Both the position numbers and the translations under genes were made by a program. The notes below the pieces were generated by a model. It did not search any database and was not told the DNA's origin. It worked only from the letters and a program-made list of their open reading frames with translations. A stretch of DNA of 64,000 bases, taken from contig ADNK01000004.1 of the NCBI GenBank assembly GCA_000320545.1, positions 1-64,000 of the forward strand. Reading direction: 5' to 3'. Origin of the DNA: Bigelowiella natans CCMP2755 (lineage: Eukaryota > Protista > Cercozoa). Positions 48,901 to 61,948 of the stretch are shown in pieces (position 1 is the first letter of the stretch; every line of letters begins with the position of its first letter).

Positions 48901-50390
48901 TGTGGCCCAGAGACACTCGCCGCCAAGAAGGTAAGAAGAGCAGCAGTAGTAATTGCGACAAGCAGTGAGGATTGCAACCTTGATCTGGTTTGGAACTGAT
49001 CACACTCTGCAACAGTGGCGTGCCGCAGCGGCTGGGTCGCGCAAACCCTGCCCGTCATTTTCAGAAATTGCTTAAGCCTCGTTGCAATTCCATATTCTTC
49101 AGAACAGAGGGGAATTACACAAGGCGTCAGGGCATCAGCACAGCATCATCAATATTTTCAAAGAGCGACTTTTTCTCTCGGAAATATCGGATCATCGCGG
49201 AATAGAAATTCGATAACTCACGCTCTGGGACGAACGGCAACGTGCCCCACCCACAGCGATGGACGTCCTTCCAGTAGAAACCGTTGTCCGAGTGCTTGTT
49301 GAATTTCAAAGTGCATCTTCTGGTCAAACTCACTGAGGCTCTGTCCTAGTGGAGCAAGTGCTCCTTTGGAGGCTGTCTTCGTCGTCGGTGGCAGCAGGAG
49401 GATTCCTTTATGTGGAGGACAGGGCTTCTAGTTCACAATTTGGCCAGATGTCTGAGCTCATATCTGGTTAATCTGCAGTCGATAGTCTGTAGGCTTTTCT
49501 AAAGATAACACGATCTGTTGGCAGCGGCAACAAGTTGTGTGTCCGACAACCATTGTGAGCGGCCTTCTGATTGTTCTGGTCAGCCTCACGGTAATCATTA
49601 TTTGGTGTCCAATGGAAACTCTATGTGATAGCTAACAGAAGAAGATTTGGCAACAAAATCTTCAAATATAGCAGAGGAAAGTGTTCAATTACTGTGATGG
49701 CTAGCAGGAGAAGGTATTGGCAACAAACTTCTTCAAATATAACGGAGGGAAGTACTCAATCGTTGATGGTTGAGTACAAAAGCGCAGCCTGAAGGCTACC
49801 ACAAGAAACAACAAGGCATTTCTTGTATCTGCAGTACCATTCACCTAGAAATTTCAATTCAAAGAAATATGTATGTCTGTTGGCTCTGACTTAGTTTTGA
49901 CTATTTTGAATGTAGTCACAATTAGTCAGTGATCGTACAGCACTAGCTTGCTAAAGCAAATAAGCATGCATAAATGAAGTGCACACTTGACAAGGCTTTG
50001 ATCATGTGGAGTTAAATTGTGCCCATCATGACTGCTTGCATATTTTACGCTCTAGACAGAGCTGACAGAGCTCTACCGCTGCACATACGTAGCGCCTATG
50101 CTACACACGTACATATGTATCGTACGCGGCGTGAAGCAGGCCGGAGCACGAACATACTAGCGTAGCTGCATCGCAAAGTCATGGCAATGACTCGCAATGG
50201 ACACTAGCATCAGCTACTCATGTATAATACAGCTATAGCAGACACCTTGCACCTATCTAGCTATGTGCACTAGATAATAAAGAATGTGCCTTAAGCGATT
50301 ATGTGTTCTGCGGACACGATGTCGACATGTTTGCGACACGATGCAATGCGTAATTGCGCGCTTGTACTCTAGTACATGCAAAATCGATGT

Positions 50391-50439
<49 letters not shown>

Positions 50440-50597
50440 GCATGTGATTCATAAAAGGACTGACTTCGGTGTCATTGCAAGGCTATGACGAGATCTTGTA
50501 AGTTTGCACTAGAAGGATTGAAGAATGATTAAATTGCTAAGTTGCCCTTAGAGAACATGGAAATTAGTCAATCAACGATGGTGCCATCGTTAACCTA

Positions 50598-52214
50598 TCA
50601 TAAAGCATATCTTATAACGAGGGACAAAATCACAACGAACGCTGCTAGCTCGAAGTATCTGAAAGTGATTCCTGATTTTGTAACGGATGCAGTAGCTTGT
50701 AAACCATATCCACCATCTGTTGAGTTCGCAGATTGACTTCTATTTTGATATTTTTCCTACATAGAAATAAGGCCAGTAGGATAATTTTGGATTAGCCACT
50801 GATTGTTACATTAGACAAAACTCGTCCATTACCACTTGCATCTGAAGCTCATTTATCCTCTTATCTTTTTCGGCTATAATCTTGGAATTGCTACCACCGC
50901 CAATTTTTAACTCCGCCATAGTCTTTTTTAGTTCTTCATTCTCATTCGCGAGCTTCACCGTGTAAGTCATTAGCTGAAGGAAGAAGAAGAATTAAGTTTG
51001 GATACAGTTGTCAATTGAAAACAGTGAGTTTGAGGATAAGCTCCAAAAACAGCCACCTCCTCATATTCATCACGCTTGCGTTGCAATTCCCGTTGCATTT
51101 CCTTCAGTGTGTTCTGGTCGCTGCGAGAGTCATCCTACCATGACACAGAACCGTGACCAAAGTATATGAGCGAGGATCGTTCAGAATTGGAGAACAACTT
51201 TCTTCTAGAATAGTTGAATTTTTATCGATGCACACAAACATTAACAACCGCCAATCAATATTATAATACCCTGTCTATTTTTTGAGGCTCTTTGTACACC
51301 GGCCCCGTGGAACGTTCATAGTCGGTGGCGCGGTTTGTGCTATTGGTAAAGCTATCATCAACCGCCTTAACGTTAGGCTTTTCTGGGCTTGCATTAACGG
51401 CTAATCCTGGAACCTGCAGGCGACATTTGATTTTCTGCTGGTAATAGCTGTGTAGGACACGGAATAAGAGATGAAGATAAGGACACAATATGGCGGTTGG
51501 TAGAACAATTAGAATTAATTAAGGAAAGGAACATTCTTCTTCGTTAATGCTCATTTTCACTACGGACTAGGTTCCTGGAGGCTGCCTCTTCTGCTTCGTT
51601 TCCAAATCTTTCCACTAAAAAGAAAAGTAATTTGAGATACCACATGAAAGGAGTTGTATTGTTCTGGGATGTTTAATCCAATTGGTGAAGAGAACAACCA
51701 TGGTGGATATGTCCTTCGGCTCACTGGTCAGGACGGTGTGCATAACGAGAAATTTATCTGTGACATTCTTGTCAGGTAACTGTTCCATGGGTTCGATGAC
51801 AATTTTGACATCTCCATGGCTCCGGGGCTGCAGTATTCCGTGGTTGTTCCTGGATAATACCAAAGAACAATCATGCTCCGGTCGAATGTTCAATGAATAC
51901 TTCCAGCTGAGAATCACAGGTCATCATATAACGCACCCGACGGAGTAGCGCTCTGGATGCCTAGTTTTCACTTTGTATGTCACAGTTTTGTCGCTGACAT
52001 TAAAGATCTGGAAGATTCCCAAGCTCTTCTTATTCGGGGTAACTGGAAGAAAGACACATAATTATACAAAACGATTTTTTTTTTAAATATTGAAGAGAAA
52101 CATTTGGCTGCATTGCATGAAGTTCATGAGATCAAAAAAGTGATGGCAAACTTAGAAGCTTCAACTTGACGCACGTGTGAATCTCAGTGAGGACTCGACT
52201 CTAATGAGGTCCAT
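50598..52214 (-). CDS. VAP/Scs2-like protein (N-terminal MSP domain, coiled coil, C-terminal TM anchor)
   Basis: IFNVSDKTVTYKVKTRHPERYSV, NHGILQPRSH and DKFLVM are MSP-domain motifs. Coiled-coil exons follow, and the protein ends FELAAFVVILSLVIRYAL*. Confidence 0.85.
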
Positions 52215-53183
52215 GATAGAAGCTCTGCAAACCACCTGGAAAGGATTACATTGAATGCTTAGTCATTAATACACCACACAACATTTCAGGAATACTGATT
52301 TCCGTTTTTTTATCAATGATAAAGGAAATTTTTGGATAAAGGCTTAAAGTAATGATCGGAAAGGTTCAGCGAGCGAAGGAATCTCGAACGAAACCTCCTC
52401 GAAACCAATGTGATGTTCGCTATCCCATCTTACCCTCCGCACATATTCCCACGCATAGCAATATCCATTCAAAACTAGAATTGATAGTCAAGCGATCATC
52501 GATACTTTTCAAGGGGTCTCCATCAAGCAGCTCATAACCCCCCCTACCCCTTCCATCTTGCGATCATAGTACCAATCAGGATGCCGAAAGCAGTGTGGAG
52601 GTCAATATGCAAAATGGCCTGGATTTACGACAGTTTGCGCCAACAAGGAGCAGCTATCCAAGTTAAAGGCGACACGTATGTCGTAGCTTACGAATGACGT
52701 AAACTTTAGACAAATCATTGTTGTCGTCGCCTGCAATGCGATTGCCAATATTTCTAGCGACAGCTTAGTTAAACAAGCACTCGCATGGAATACTAGGCAA
52801 AAGAATTAGGATATTTATCCGATACCTGCTTGATGCAGAAGATCGTACCAACATTTCCCTCTCCGTACCTCCACTGCAGCTGACTGACAGCTCTCAGTGC
52901 CAACGAGCTCTCTGTATAGCGAAGGTACTCTTGAGCAAGTCCAATTGGCTTGAAAGAACGTTACCCCAGACCCATATACATGCTGGCATGGACACCTGTT
53001 TTCTGAAGAACACGTGCACATCTTCTTCAAGCTCGTAGAATTCTTGTTCGCTACTGCTTTGACTGAATTGAGTGATTAGCGTCAGATCTGAGTACCTGAC
53101 GCACAACATATTCATTCGTAAATATCCTTTTTGATGCATTATATTCATCTTTACCATCTAGTGCGTGGAGCTGACCGGGAATT

Positions 53184-54896
53184 ATGCTGGGAGACGCCAA
53201 GTTCGAAAAACTGGACGATGATCTCGAGCTGGTGACGGGGAGTCACGTCGAGTTAAAGGAAGGGATTGATCAGAAAAGTCGTGATAGTCGCGAGATACTG
53301 ATTGGTATGAGGGAAAACGAGGCAAAAGAGTCTGCCATACAGTCTGGCCTTATGATTGAAGAACCGACCTTCACAGAAGTATGGTGTGAGAAAGGTTTCA
53401 TCTCAAACGTCATTACTTTTGCCATTCTCATTATTGGCTTGCTAATGAGAATTGGCAGCTCTGGTACTTAAAAACATACGATTATAATGTATGGTCATGC
53501 TAGGATGATGTATATTGACGTTCAGAAAACAACACTTTTGCACGATATGTGCTGACGTTCGGGCTATTTGGCTTCTCGGTATACAAATAACTGGATTTGT
53601 CAACTTTATGAGCCAATTTCAGTTTACTGATCGGATTAGGGAGGAGTAACAAACTGGCTCGCTGTCAAGATGCTTTTCGATAAAATACCGTTTCTCTACG
53701 GATCCGGAGTCATTCCCAGAAGGTACGGACAAAAATGTTTCTTCTCTGGTGCGACTGCTGATTACCCTGTCATTCAGGTTCAAAGAGATTCGTGAGGCGG
53801 TCAAAAAGACTATTATGGTTATATTTGATGTTTACAAATGTAGCAGAATTGCAAGGTTGCTCACAATCTTTGCTGATATGTATTTCCCTCCTTTGGCAAA
53901 TAAACAGACTGCTTTCTTCAATCCTGAGTTCTTGAAGAAGTACTTAGCGAATCAAATTGAGGAATTCGAGCTCGAAGGTTAAATAAGAGTATTCATGATG
54001 AATTAATACACTACTGTTGATAATGAAAGTTGCTGTCTGCTAAACTCTTCAAGGATTGATCAAGAAAACGATGGAGTCCGAATCGGTGAGCGGCATTAAT
54101 TCGGAGAAAGTTCTTACTTGTTTCTAAATAATTCTTTCCGTGGATATTGGTAGATGGGTAAGCTTATTGACGAGCAATTGAACAATGCGTTCAACTCTGA
54201 CGAAGGTACTGTCTGAAATCGAGGAGGTCAACAAGAGATCCATAGAATGATAATTGTGCGCATACTTCTGTTAGTAAAAATGCTGCTGAGTATGGCCGGA
54301 ATCAATCCAATGATGATTCAGGCAGTGGTAAGTAATATGTTTTTCAAAAGGTAAATAATAGTAAAATTAAGGGGAAATATCTTGATCCTTAGGTGCCTTT
54401 GTTGAAACCTTTCATCACCAACATGGCTGGTTCCGTAGCTCCAAAGGTACTTAGTTTTGCCGGCCGAGCGAGATAGTGATAAACTGCGACTAATACCCTC
54501 AGCTTAAGGAAATGGCTGTAGAGAAGACTTCAGACAAAAATATAGAGATAATCCGGGGCGAAATCGACAAGGTTGAATCTTTGCTGAATGAAGAATGCAT
54601 TCACAATCGAATGATGTCTTTGAAAGATCAACGGATGCTTGTTAAGAGAAATTCTTTCGTAAATATCAACACATAGATGATGACAGCAAAGTTAAAGCTT
54701 TTAACTCCTGAGATGGTAAAAAAGCTTCTTGAGGAGGTAGGCGTGCTTGTTGTTGTGTTACTTGTGTGTTTAAATTCTTGATGAATAACCTTTTTCATAC
54801 CAGGTCATGAGAAAGCATCTTTCATGGTTAGTTATATGGGGAAATGTCTTTGGAGCTTTAATCGGCGTATTCTGTGCTGTACTTAATATACCTTAG
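53184..54896 (+). CDS. DUF445-family membrane protein, multi-exon
   Basis: GGVTNWLAVKMLFDKIPFLYGSGVIPR|RFKEIREAVKKTIM and C-terminal LTPEMVKKLLEE|VMRKHLSWLVIWGNVFGALIG are DUF445-type motifs. Confidence 0.82.
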
Positions 54897-55515
54897 TAAT
54901 GCTCTGACAGTACCATGGCCATTCGTTTGAATTGATAAACACATAGCGATTATTCCACTCTAGATGATCTCGTGTCTAGCTGCTGTACGCGTAGGCTACA
55001 CACACTAATGTAGCTGAGGTATGTAGGGCCGTAATGCGTACACAGCGCAGCACGGCTCCTCACCTAGTCATGATGGGGTGCAAGTTCACGATGTTAAGAT
55101 GCGGTGCTGCGTGCTAGGTGCATGAACGCCATCGTTGTGCTGGACACAGCCGTAGTCGATGTTTATTGTGCTTGTTTCTTTCAAGCACATTTGTGCAGCT
55201 GTGGTGCATTGCATGCAAATCAGTAGTCGTGCTGAAAGGCGTGCCTGTCATGTCTAGTATCGTATGTCTGATCATTGGAACATGTGTTGACGCCTTTAAG
55301 AGGTTCCATATGCACAACATATATGCATCTATGCATCTGATTGCGCAATCAAATGAGCGCGATCATGAATCGCAACGACGACACGAACCGGCTGACAAAG
55401 GCTGAAAAGGACTCCAGAACTGCTGCGCGCAGTGCGCGGCAACATCGGTCGCATGAGGACGCTTTCAAATGCATGAAGCACGTGGTGGCAGAAACGAATA
55501 GATGCAACATTAGCG

Positions 55516-55592
55516 CTGTAGCCGCTGCATTGCACAGCTACATCAGGATGACCATTGAAAAAAATTAATTCTTCATTACATCCGTCTCATAT
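55516..55592. repeat. Dispersed ~78-bp repeat, copy A (copy B at 60631-60709)
   Basis: Both copies share CTGTAGCCGCTGCATT...GGATGAC.ATTGAAAAAA...ACATCCGTCTCATAT. Confidence 0.8.
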
Positions 55593-55844
55593 ATGCATCT
55601 GACTGACATGTGTTGTTAATTTTCACTACATGTGTGGAATTTAGCAACACATATGCCTAGATGCACTCATGGTGGCATTAGGCTTGTGCGGTAATAATGG
55701 ACGCTGGAATCAACTACACACAACTCATATCTAGATATAGCAGATTCCTCGTGTCTGTTGCAAAGTGGTTGCGAAAGGTGTGTGCTCAGTGCAAGCATGA
55801 GATTTGAGCAATATCATGCGCTGGTTTTCATTATTGTCGCTGGG

Positions 55845-57500
55845 CTATATCGGATGATAATCTGGAGAGTTTTGTGCGGTTTTCTTTTCCAATAGACCCT
55901 CCTTCTTCTTAGCGAGTGAAGTCATTTGTACTCTCTCTTGTGATCTCCGATTGACCTCTAAAGACGCCCCACGCCTTCTACATGTTTTTGGCCATTGCGG
56001 AGCGTAGGAAGGATGAACCAAGAGAATAGCGTAGCAAAACGACGACGCTATGAGTACTACATGGCAGACGATGTACCTAGGTGTAAGATGTTGTAAGATG
56101 GGTCAATGCAACTTCTTTCGAAACATGAAACTTGTTTTTGTAGACAGTAATAGTTCATTAGGAATCTTTGTTGATAAACCATTGCGTCTCGTGTAGCAGC
56201 GTCGTGTCGCAAGATTCGGAGGGTCCACTTCCTCTCCGATTTCGACCGAAGACCAGTGCTGCGCCCGCCAATATCGCAACAAATCTGCATGTAAGATAAA
56301 AGGGAAACAGTTAGCGAACAACACGTGGCCGATCAGTGAACTATGTGTGTGTATGTGTGTGTGTGTGTGCGCGCGCGCGCGCTTTTATCAAATGTTTGTT
56401 CATTCAAAGAATTCTAAGCTCGATGTAGTCATCACTGCATCATCATCAAATTTAAGCGTGGGCATTCTTACAGACTTTGCGAACGCGGCAACAATCAACG
56501 CTGGCGCAAACCATGCCCGTAGAAATTTCCAACGCTGAAATGAGTAAATCATGGCTATTTATCTCGGATTATATAATTTTAACCGTATGAATTAGTCGGT
56601 CGAAGAAAACTCTCACCTTTGGCTTGAATATCAATCCTACGGCACCAACTGTCTGTACAATCTGCAGCACCCCGAAGGAAATCATTAAGACCTGCAGATT
56701 CCTTTCGCAATGAACCTCGACTGTGGGAGAAGGAAAGAGTAACGATAGATGGCGTGAGAACAATGTTTAATAATCCAGAGTTTCGAATTTGTATTCCAGA
56801 CCACCCAATAGCAACAATAATGCGCGACACGGTTCAAAGGCGATATGGTAACATTCGGCGCAAGCACAATAACTAAATTGTTGGAAATATCTATCGATTC
56901 AGGTGTGTTCCTTCGATCGTGGAATGGACTGAGTCTCCTACTTTTAGTGAGGCCAGCAAGTATCCCATAGACACCGACTAGCAGTTCAACAACGGCCAGT
57001 GTGATTACGGTACATATCGGGCAGGCTCGAAGGCATCTGGATACAAGAACACGGCAACACACAATGTACTTCATCCAACAAGTTGTCGTTGTACAAATTA
57101 TCCTCTACTGTAACAGTAGTAGTGGTAATGAAAGAATACATCTCTGCGGCGAAAATACGATATATTTCTCTCACCGGGTCGGCGAGGGACAGCTCTCTCC
57201 TAGGGAGCTGAGACACGAGCTACAAAGTAGCAGGGCAAAATTAACAGTCATCCGTTCAGTACAGTAGTAACAATGACATCACTCATGCATAATAGACACC
57301 ATGTGGTTGGGGAACCTGAGCTCGTATTCCAATGCATCTTTTCTTTGTAGAGGCATGACGCCTTCAAGGGACCTCGCACCGTAACTTCGATGGAGTGCTC
57401 CACTATTCACCAGACACGCAAACAAATGTATAAGCGCGAAACCATCACCCTTGAAAATTTTTAGAAAGATTCTGCAGGCGAGAATAGTGTAAATAGGGAG
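55845..57500 (-). CDS. Hypothetical multi-pass membrane protein (boundaries approximate)
   Basis: Several hydrophobic exons flanked by GT-AG (VITLAVVELLVGVYGILAGL; LQVLMISFGVLQIVQTVGAVGLIF; YIVCHVVLIASSFCYAILLV). No recognised family. Confidence 0.45.
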
Positions 57501-58657
57501 TTATGGGATACAGAATAGAGGGAAAATTCACCGCCCAACACACTGTTACTCGCATTCATTCTAGTAATGTGGAGACCATGCACCATACTTCGCCAGCAAG
57601 TATGACGATTTCCACGTCCGAGTCAACAAAATTTATTTAGAAAATCAGTGCATAGAAAAATGGCTATTGTTGGAATCTGACTCAGAATGAGCGAGGAATG
57701 GCACTTCGGGCCCTGGCTCAAAATCTCCCGTCTCCACCATCTAGACACACTCGAACCTGCGGTATCATACACGAAATTCTTCTGTTAGAATATCAAAGAG
57801 TTTATGCCACAAAATTAGAGAGGGTTCGTTGGATGGGTTGTGGTGAGGAGTCAACGCATACGTCGGCAGGCAGGGCAATGCGGCCATCGTTGGTGGAGCC
57901 GGTCTCATTGGTTCTGATCTCGGTTCCCGTTTCGAAAAGGAATGAAGAAGAAATTTCACAGAAGTTCTTCCTCGAATTCGCCCATCGTTCTTTCTTTTAT
58001 TCACCAGAATAATAACAACAATAAAAAAACAAGGCAAGCCATTTATGATTGATGGCTGAAAACACCGGTTAAAAATGATCACAAAATACACATGGTAACT
58101 TCGAATGTAAAAAGGGTCGAGGGGAGAGTCGTACGATAAAAATTCCCTGATTTTATCCCCAATACATAAGGACTTAATTTGACCAAAGGACCGCTGTGCA
58201 ATAGATCTAGATCTAGATCTAATAAATACAATAATAGGAACTAGTGTCCAACTTTTTGACACTGTGCAGTAATATCGTTTCATCAGTCACTAGATCTAAT
58301 AATAGAATGCTTCCGACAGGTGTGACATCATAGACTAGATCTACTTCTAGGCTAAAATGCAGCCACTTTTTTCTTCTTTTTTTGGTGCACAAGCAGTCCA
58401 CGGGAAAGAGAAAGAGATTTTCTTGCAGGCGACGACGACGCAGTGAGATACTTCTCTCAGCCGAAGGTTTCCACTTCCAAAATTACCGGCACGGATCCTT
58501 TTGAAACAATTCAAATGTCGAAGAAATTTCTGACGTAGTTAACATTTGAATTAATTGTACTCTTTACGGAGAAACCAGTAGATCTTAACCTGCTCTTCAA
58601 GCGTGAGTTGTGCCACTGGTTTGAGTTCCATTGCTTCATCATCTCGCTGTGGAATTC

Positions 58658-59596
58658 ATGGGTGCGTCGAAAAACGAACATGTAGCAAAGGCCGTGCTTC
58701 GTGCAGCGGAGAGCGTATGCTCCGAGGGTCAGCAGGGAAAAGTTTCCAAAAAGGGCGACCTCCAAACTCCCGGACTCATTTTGCCTTTGGGGCTTGTGGC
58801 TCTTGAAATTGCTCTCGTGAAGAGAGTATGGGGCAAGGAATATGAGACCATGGACAACGCTTTCGCTACCTGTTCATACGTGTACCCGCTGGTCACTTCT
58901 GTCTTGTATCTGTCGCTCATAACTGTAGGCCAGGCATTGATGAAGAACCGCGAGCCTATGCACGATTTCTGCAAGCCTTGTATGGTTGTCTACAATCTAT
59001 ATCAGACTGTTTTCAACACGTGGTGGGTGGTGATGGTTATTGTTGAGGTAGCCCGGCTTGGATATCCGCCTTTTACCCTCCCTCTTACCCTGAAGTCTGA
59101 TCAGTACAACCTTGGTTTCCTCATCTGGCTGCACTATCAAAATAAATACCTGGAAATGTTTGACACCGTGTTTATGGTGATGAGGAAGAAGACGAACCAA
59201 GTGAGCTTCTTGCATTGTTACCATCATCTTCTCCTCTTATGGGCTTGGTTTGTGGTATGCCGCTTCGGTTGCGGTGGGGAGGCATACTTTGGAGCTCTGA
59301 TGAATTCCATCATCCACGTTTTGATGTATGGGTACTACTTCCTCTCAACCCTTGCAATTCCCGTCCCTTGGAAAAAATACCTCACCAAGCTCCAAATGCT
59401 GCAATTTGCTGTATGTCTCGTACACACGCTTGTTTGCTCCTACATCAACCTTTATCCGCGTGTGCTTGCAGCGGTCGAAGTGTGGGTGATGGTAAACATG
59501 CTGTACCTTTTTAACGAATTCTACAAGAGAGCTTACGCTGCTAAAAAGGCCAAACAGAAGGCTGCTGCAGTTGCCTCTTCGAAGAAGGAGCAGTGA
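58658..59596 (+). CDS. ELO/GNS1-SUR4 fatty acid elongase, PUFA (delta-5/C20-type-like), intronless, ~312 aa
   Basis: WLHYQNKYLEMFDT, QVSFLHCYHH (His box), NSIIHVLMYGYY and LTKLQMLQF; C-terminal KKEQ ER-retrieval motif. Confidence 0.93.
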   Translation: MGASKNEHVAKAVLRAAESVCSEGQQGKVSKKGDLQTPGLILPLGLVALEIALVKRVWGKEYETMDNAFATCSYVYPLVTSVLYLSLITVGQALMKNREPMHDFCKPCMVVYNLYQTVFNTWWVVMVIVEVARLGYPPFTLPLTLKSDQYNLGFLIWLHYQNKYLEMFDTVFMVMRKKTNQVSFLHCYHHLLLLWAWFVVCRFGCGGEAYFGALMNSIIHVLMYGYYFLSTLAIPVPWKKYLTKLQMLQFAVCLVHTLVCSYINLYPRVLAAVEVWVMVNMLYLFNEFYKRAYAAKKAKQKAAAVASSKKEQ

Positions 59597-60630
59597 AGAT
59601 GCTCTGCTATTTGGGGATATTATTTTATTTGAATATACAATTAGATTTATGCATATTTGCAACACAGTGGTATTAGTAAACAGAATAAAGCGCAGGAGTG
59701 GAATATTAATGTGTGAGGTTCTAGATTTTTACGTGATTCCTCTCACAGACCTGGCTCTTTGGCCGATTCATTTGTAGCGAAGCCTCTAAGAGGCTGATTT
59801 TCTGCATGAAGATGTGGGATAGTGTTTCACGACGTTGCCCGTTAGTTGGCTGTACATAAAATCCTTTGGCATTCTAGGAAATCACTCAATATTGGGATTG
59901 TGTATATAATGTAGTGTTATAGATTATCAGTAAGTAGCAATGGTAGTGTTCAATGTAGTTTCAAAGACGCTACTTTGCAGTAAGGAAGTAAGCTTGCATG
60001 ATCATTACCGTAGCTGCTTTTGTACCCAAGTACCTAAGAGATGTCCACGTAGTAATTTTTAAATGCAAGTTATTTTGTCATGAAAATGATGTCGGTGGCA
60101 TTTACAGCATGATCGATGCGCACTGCGAGAGATAGCGTGCCATGAATCAGTGTTGACGGAATGCGATGCAATGTCAGAAGCGATCTCATGCATCAGACAC
60201 ATCACACATGCATGCATTGTATGCTAGCATGCAGCTGTGAAACACAACAATGCGCAGCTAGGCAGTGCTGGACTTAACACTACATGCACATTATGTTTGG
60301 CCATGCACGGCACAGTCACTCGCATCGCGCTGTGCATGAAAGCTGGGCAGACATCGCGACTGCGCGCATGCTAGCATGTGTGCTGCCGTGCAATGAATGC
60401 CTTGCAAAGCCACACACATGCAGCCGAGAAAAATACTAACCAAAAAAATCACTGCAATTTTCGACAGATGAAATGACGACACCAATAAAGATTTGACCAA
60501 GAAAAGCACACAACACAAACACGCTCGCTCACGCGCTGGGCACATCGCAGGTTGTCACGGGCGCAACTGCAATGCCACATTCGCAAACATGAAGCACATA
60601 CTCGCCAAAATAACAAACACAATCTTAGGA

Positions 60631-60709
60631 CTGTAGCCGCTGCATTACATGGCTACAGTAGGATGACTATTGAAAAAATGTAATCATTTTAGCTACATCC
60701 GTCTCATAT
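60631..60709. repeat. Dispersed ~78-bp repeat, copy B
   Basis: Aligns to 55516-55592; contains the inverted repeats CTGTAGCC/GGCTACAG and GGATG/CATCC. Confidence 0.8.
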
Positions 60710-60925
60710 CTGCAGTGCACGTAGATATATCACTAGCGCAGCTTAGCTGCCTTGTCGAAATGCTACGATACTCTAGAACTGACAAATATGGAAGATAGAA
60801 TGCTTTGTACCTACGACATAAGTAGCTGTGGTTTGTTATTGTGATGCGAAACATTACTCAACGCAACGATGTTTATCAGGGAGCTTTATTTGGCCAAGAT
60901 AAACATAATACTCGCGATAATCAAA

Positions 60926-61861
60926 TCAAGAATTATAGTATGCAAGCAAGTCCTCTGCTGCTCCTGCGCCACTCAAATAAGAAGTTTCGATCCTCCCCCC
61001 CGGAATTGCAAGAAAGTCCCCTGCGAATATAAGTCTTGCTTGTGCATGGATCCTAAATGGCTTTGAAGATGTCGGTGATGGTATATTTGCAGGAAATGCG
61101 GCTCCCCATCGGTGCAGTGCAGGTCCATAGCAAGCCCGCCCCTTCGGTGCCTCGACTCCGATGCTTGAACAGACCTTTTCAAAGGACGAGAGAAGTGTGC
61201 CGATGACGCTGCCGTATTATACACCAAAGCCTCAGAAAAAAGTAAATCGAGTTGACTAACTCAAGGATGTTTGACAGGAAAACGAATCTATTCATAATGC
61301 TGATGATGCATAGCTAGTTTACCTTTTCTCGTCCTTTGAATCACTTCGTGCACCCATGGCCTCCGCAGTGCCCCCACGCCCGTGTGTCTTAGCGGCAGAA
61401 TGTGCAAACTCATGCGTCGAATGAACAATTACAGTGTGATAGCCCCCATCTGTGGTCACTATTATCTTCGCAACCGCGGTATCATTCCGCACATGTAATA
61501 GATTAGCCGGGAATTTGTCGAGTGCAGCACTACCCTTCTCAAAAGCCTGAAGTTTAAGATGCTCTCAGCAAAGGCGTATATTAAAACATCCTTATTGTGA
61601 AATATTAAAGCGTATGGGAATACAAATAACTCCAAATTGTGGTGTCCATGAAACACATCACATAAAGTCACTCTTCCAGATGCCCGAATACGATAAAAAT
61701 TTACTCAATGTAGCTTGTATACCTGCATGACGACGAAAACGGGATCTCCCCGCAGCTGTCCAATCTCATCTAACGTTGCTGATAAGCCCTTGTCGCCTGT
61801 GGAACCAGGAGGGCAACAAAGCCAGAACTAATGTGCGTGCATGTGCGTGCGTGCATGTGTG

Positions 61862-61948
<87 letters not shown>

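Noticed and set aside
60990-61003. Suspected frameshift at a C7 run in the renalase-like gene
   Set aside because: A recount gives CCG GGG GGG AGG ATC GAA, which is in frame.
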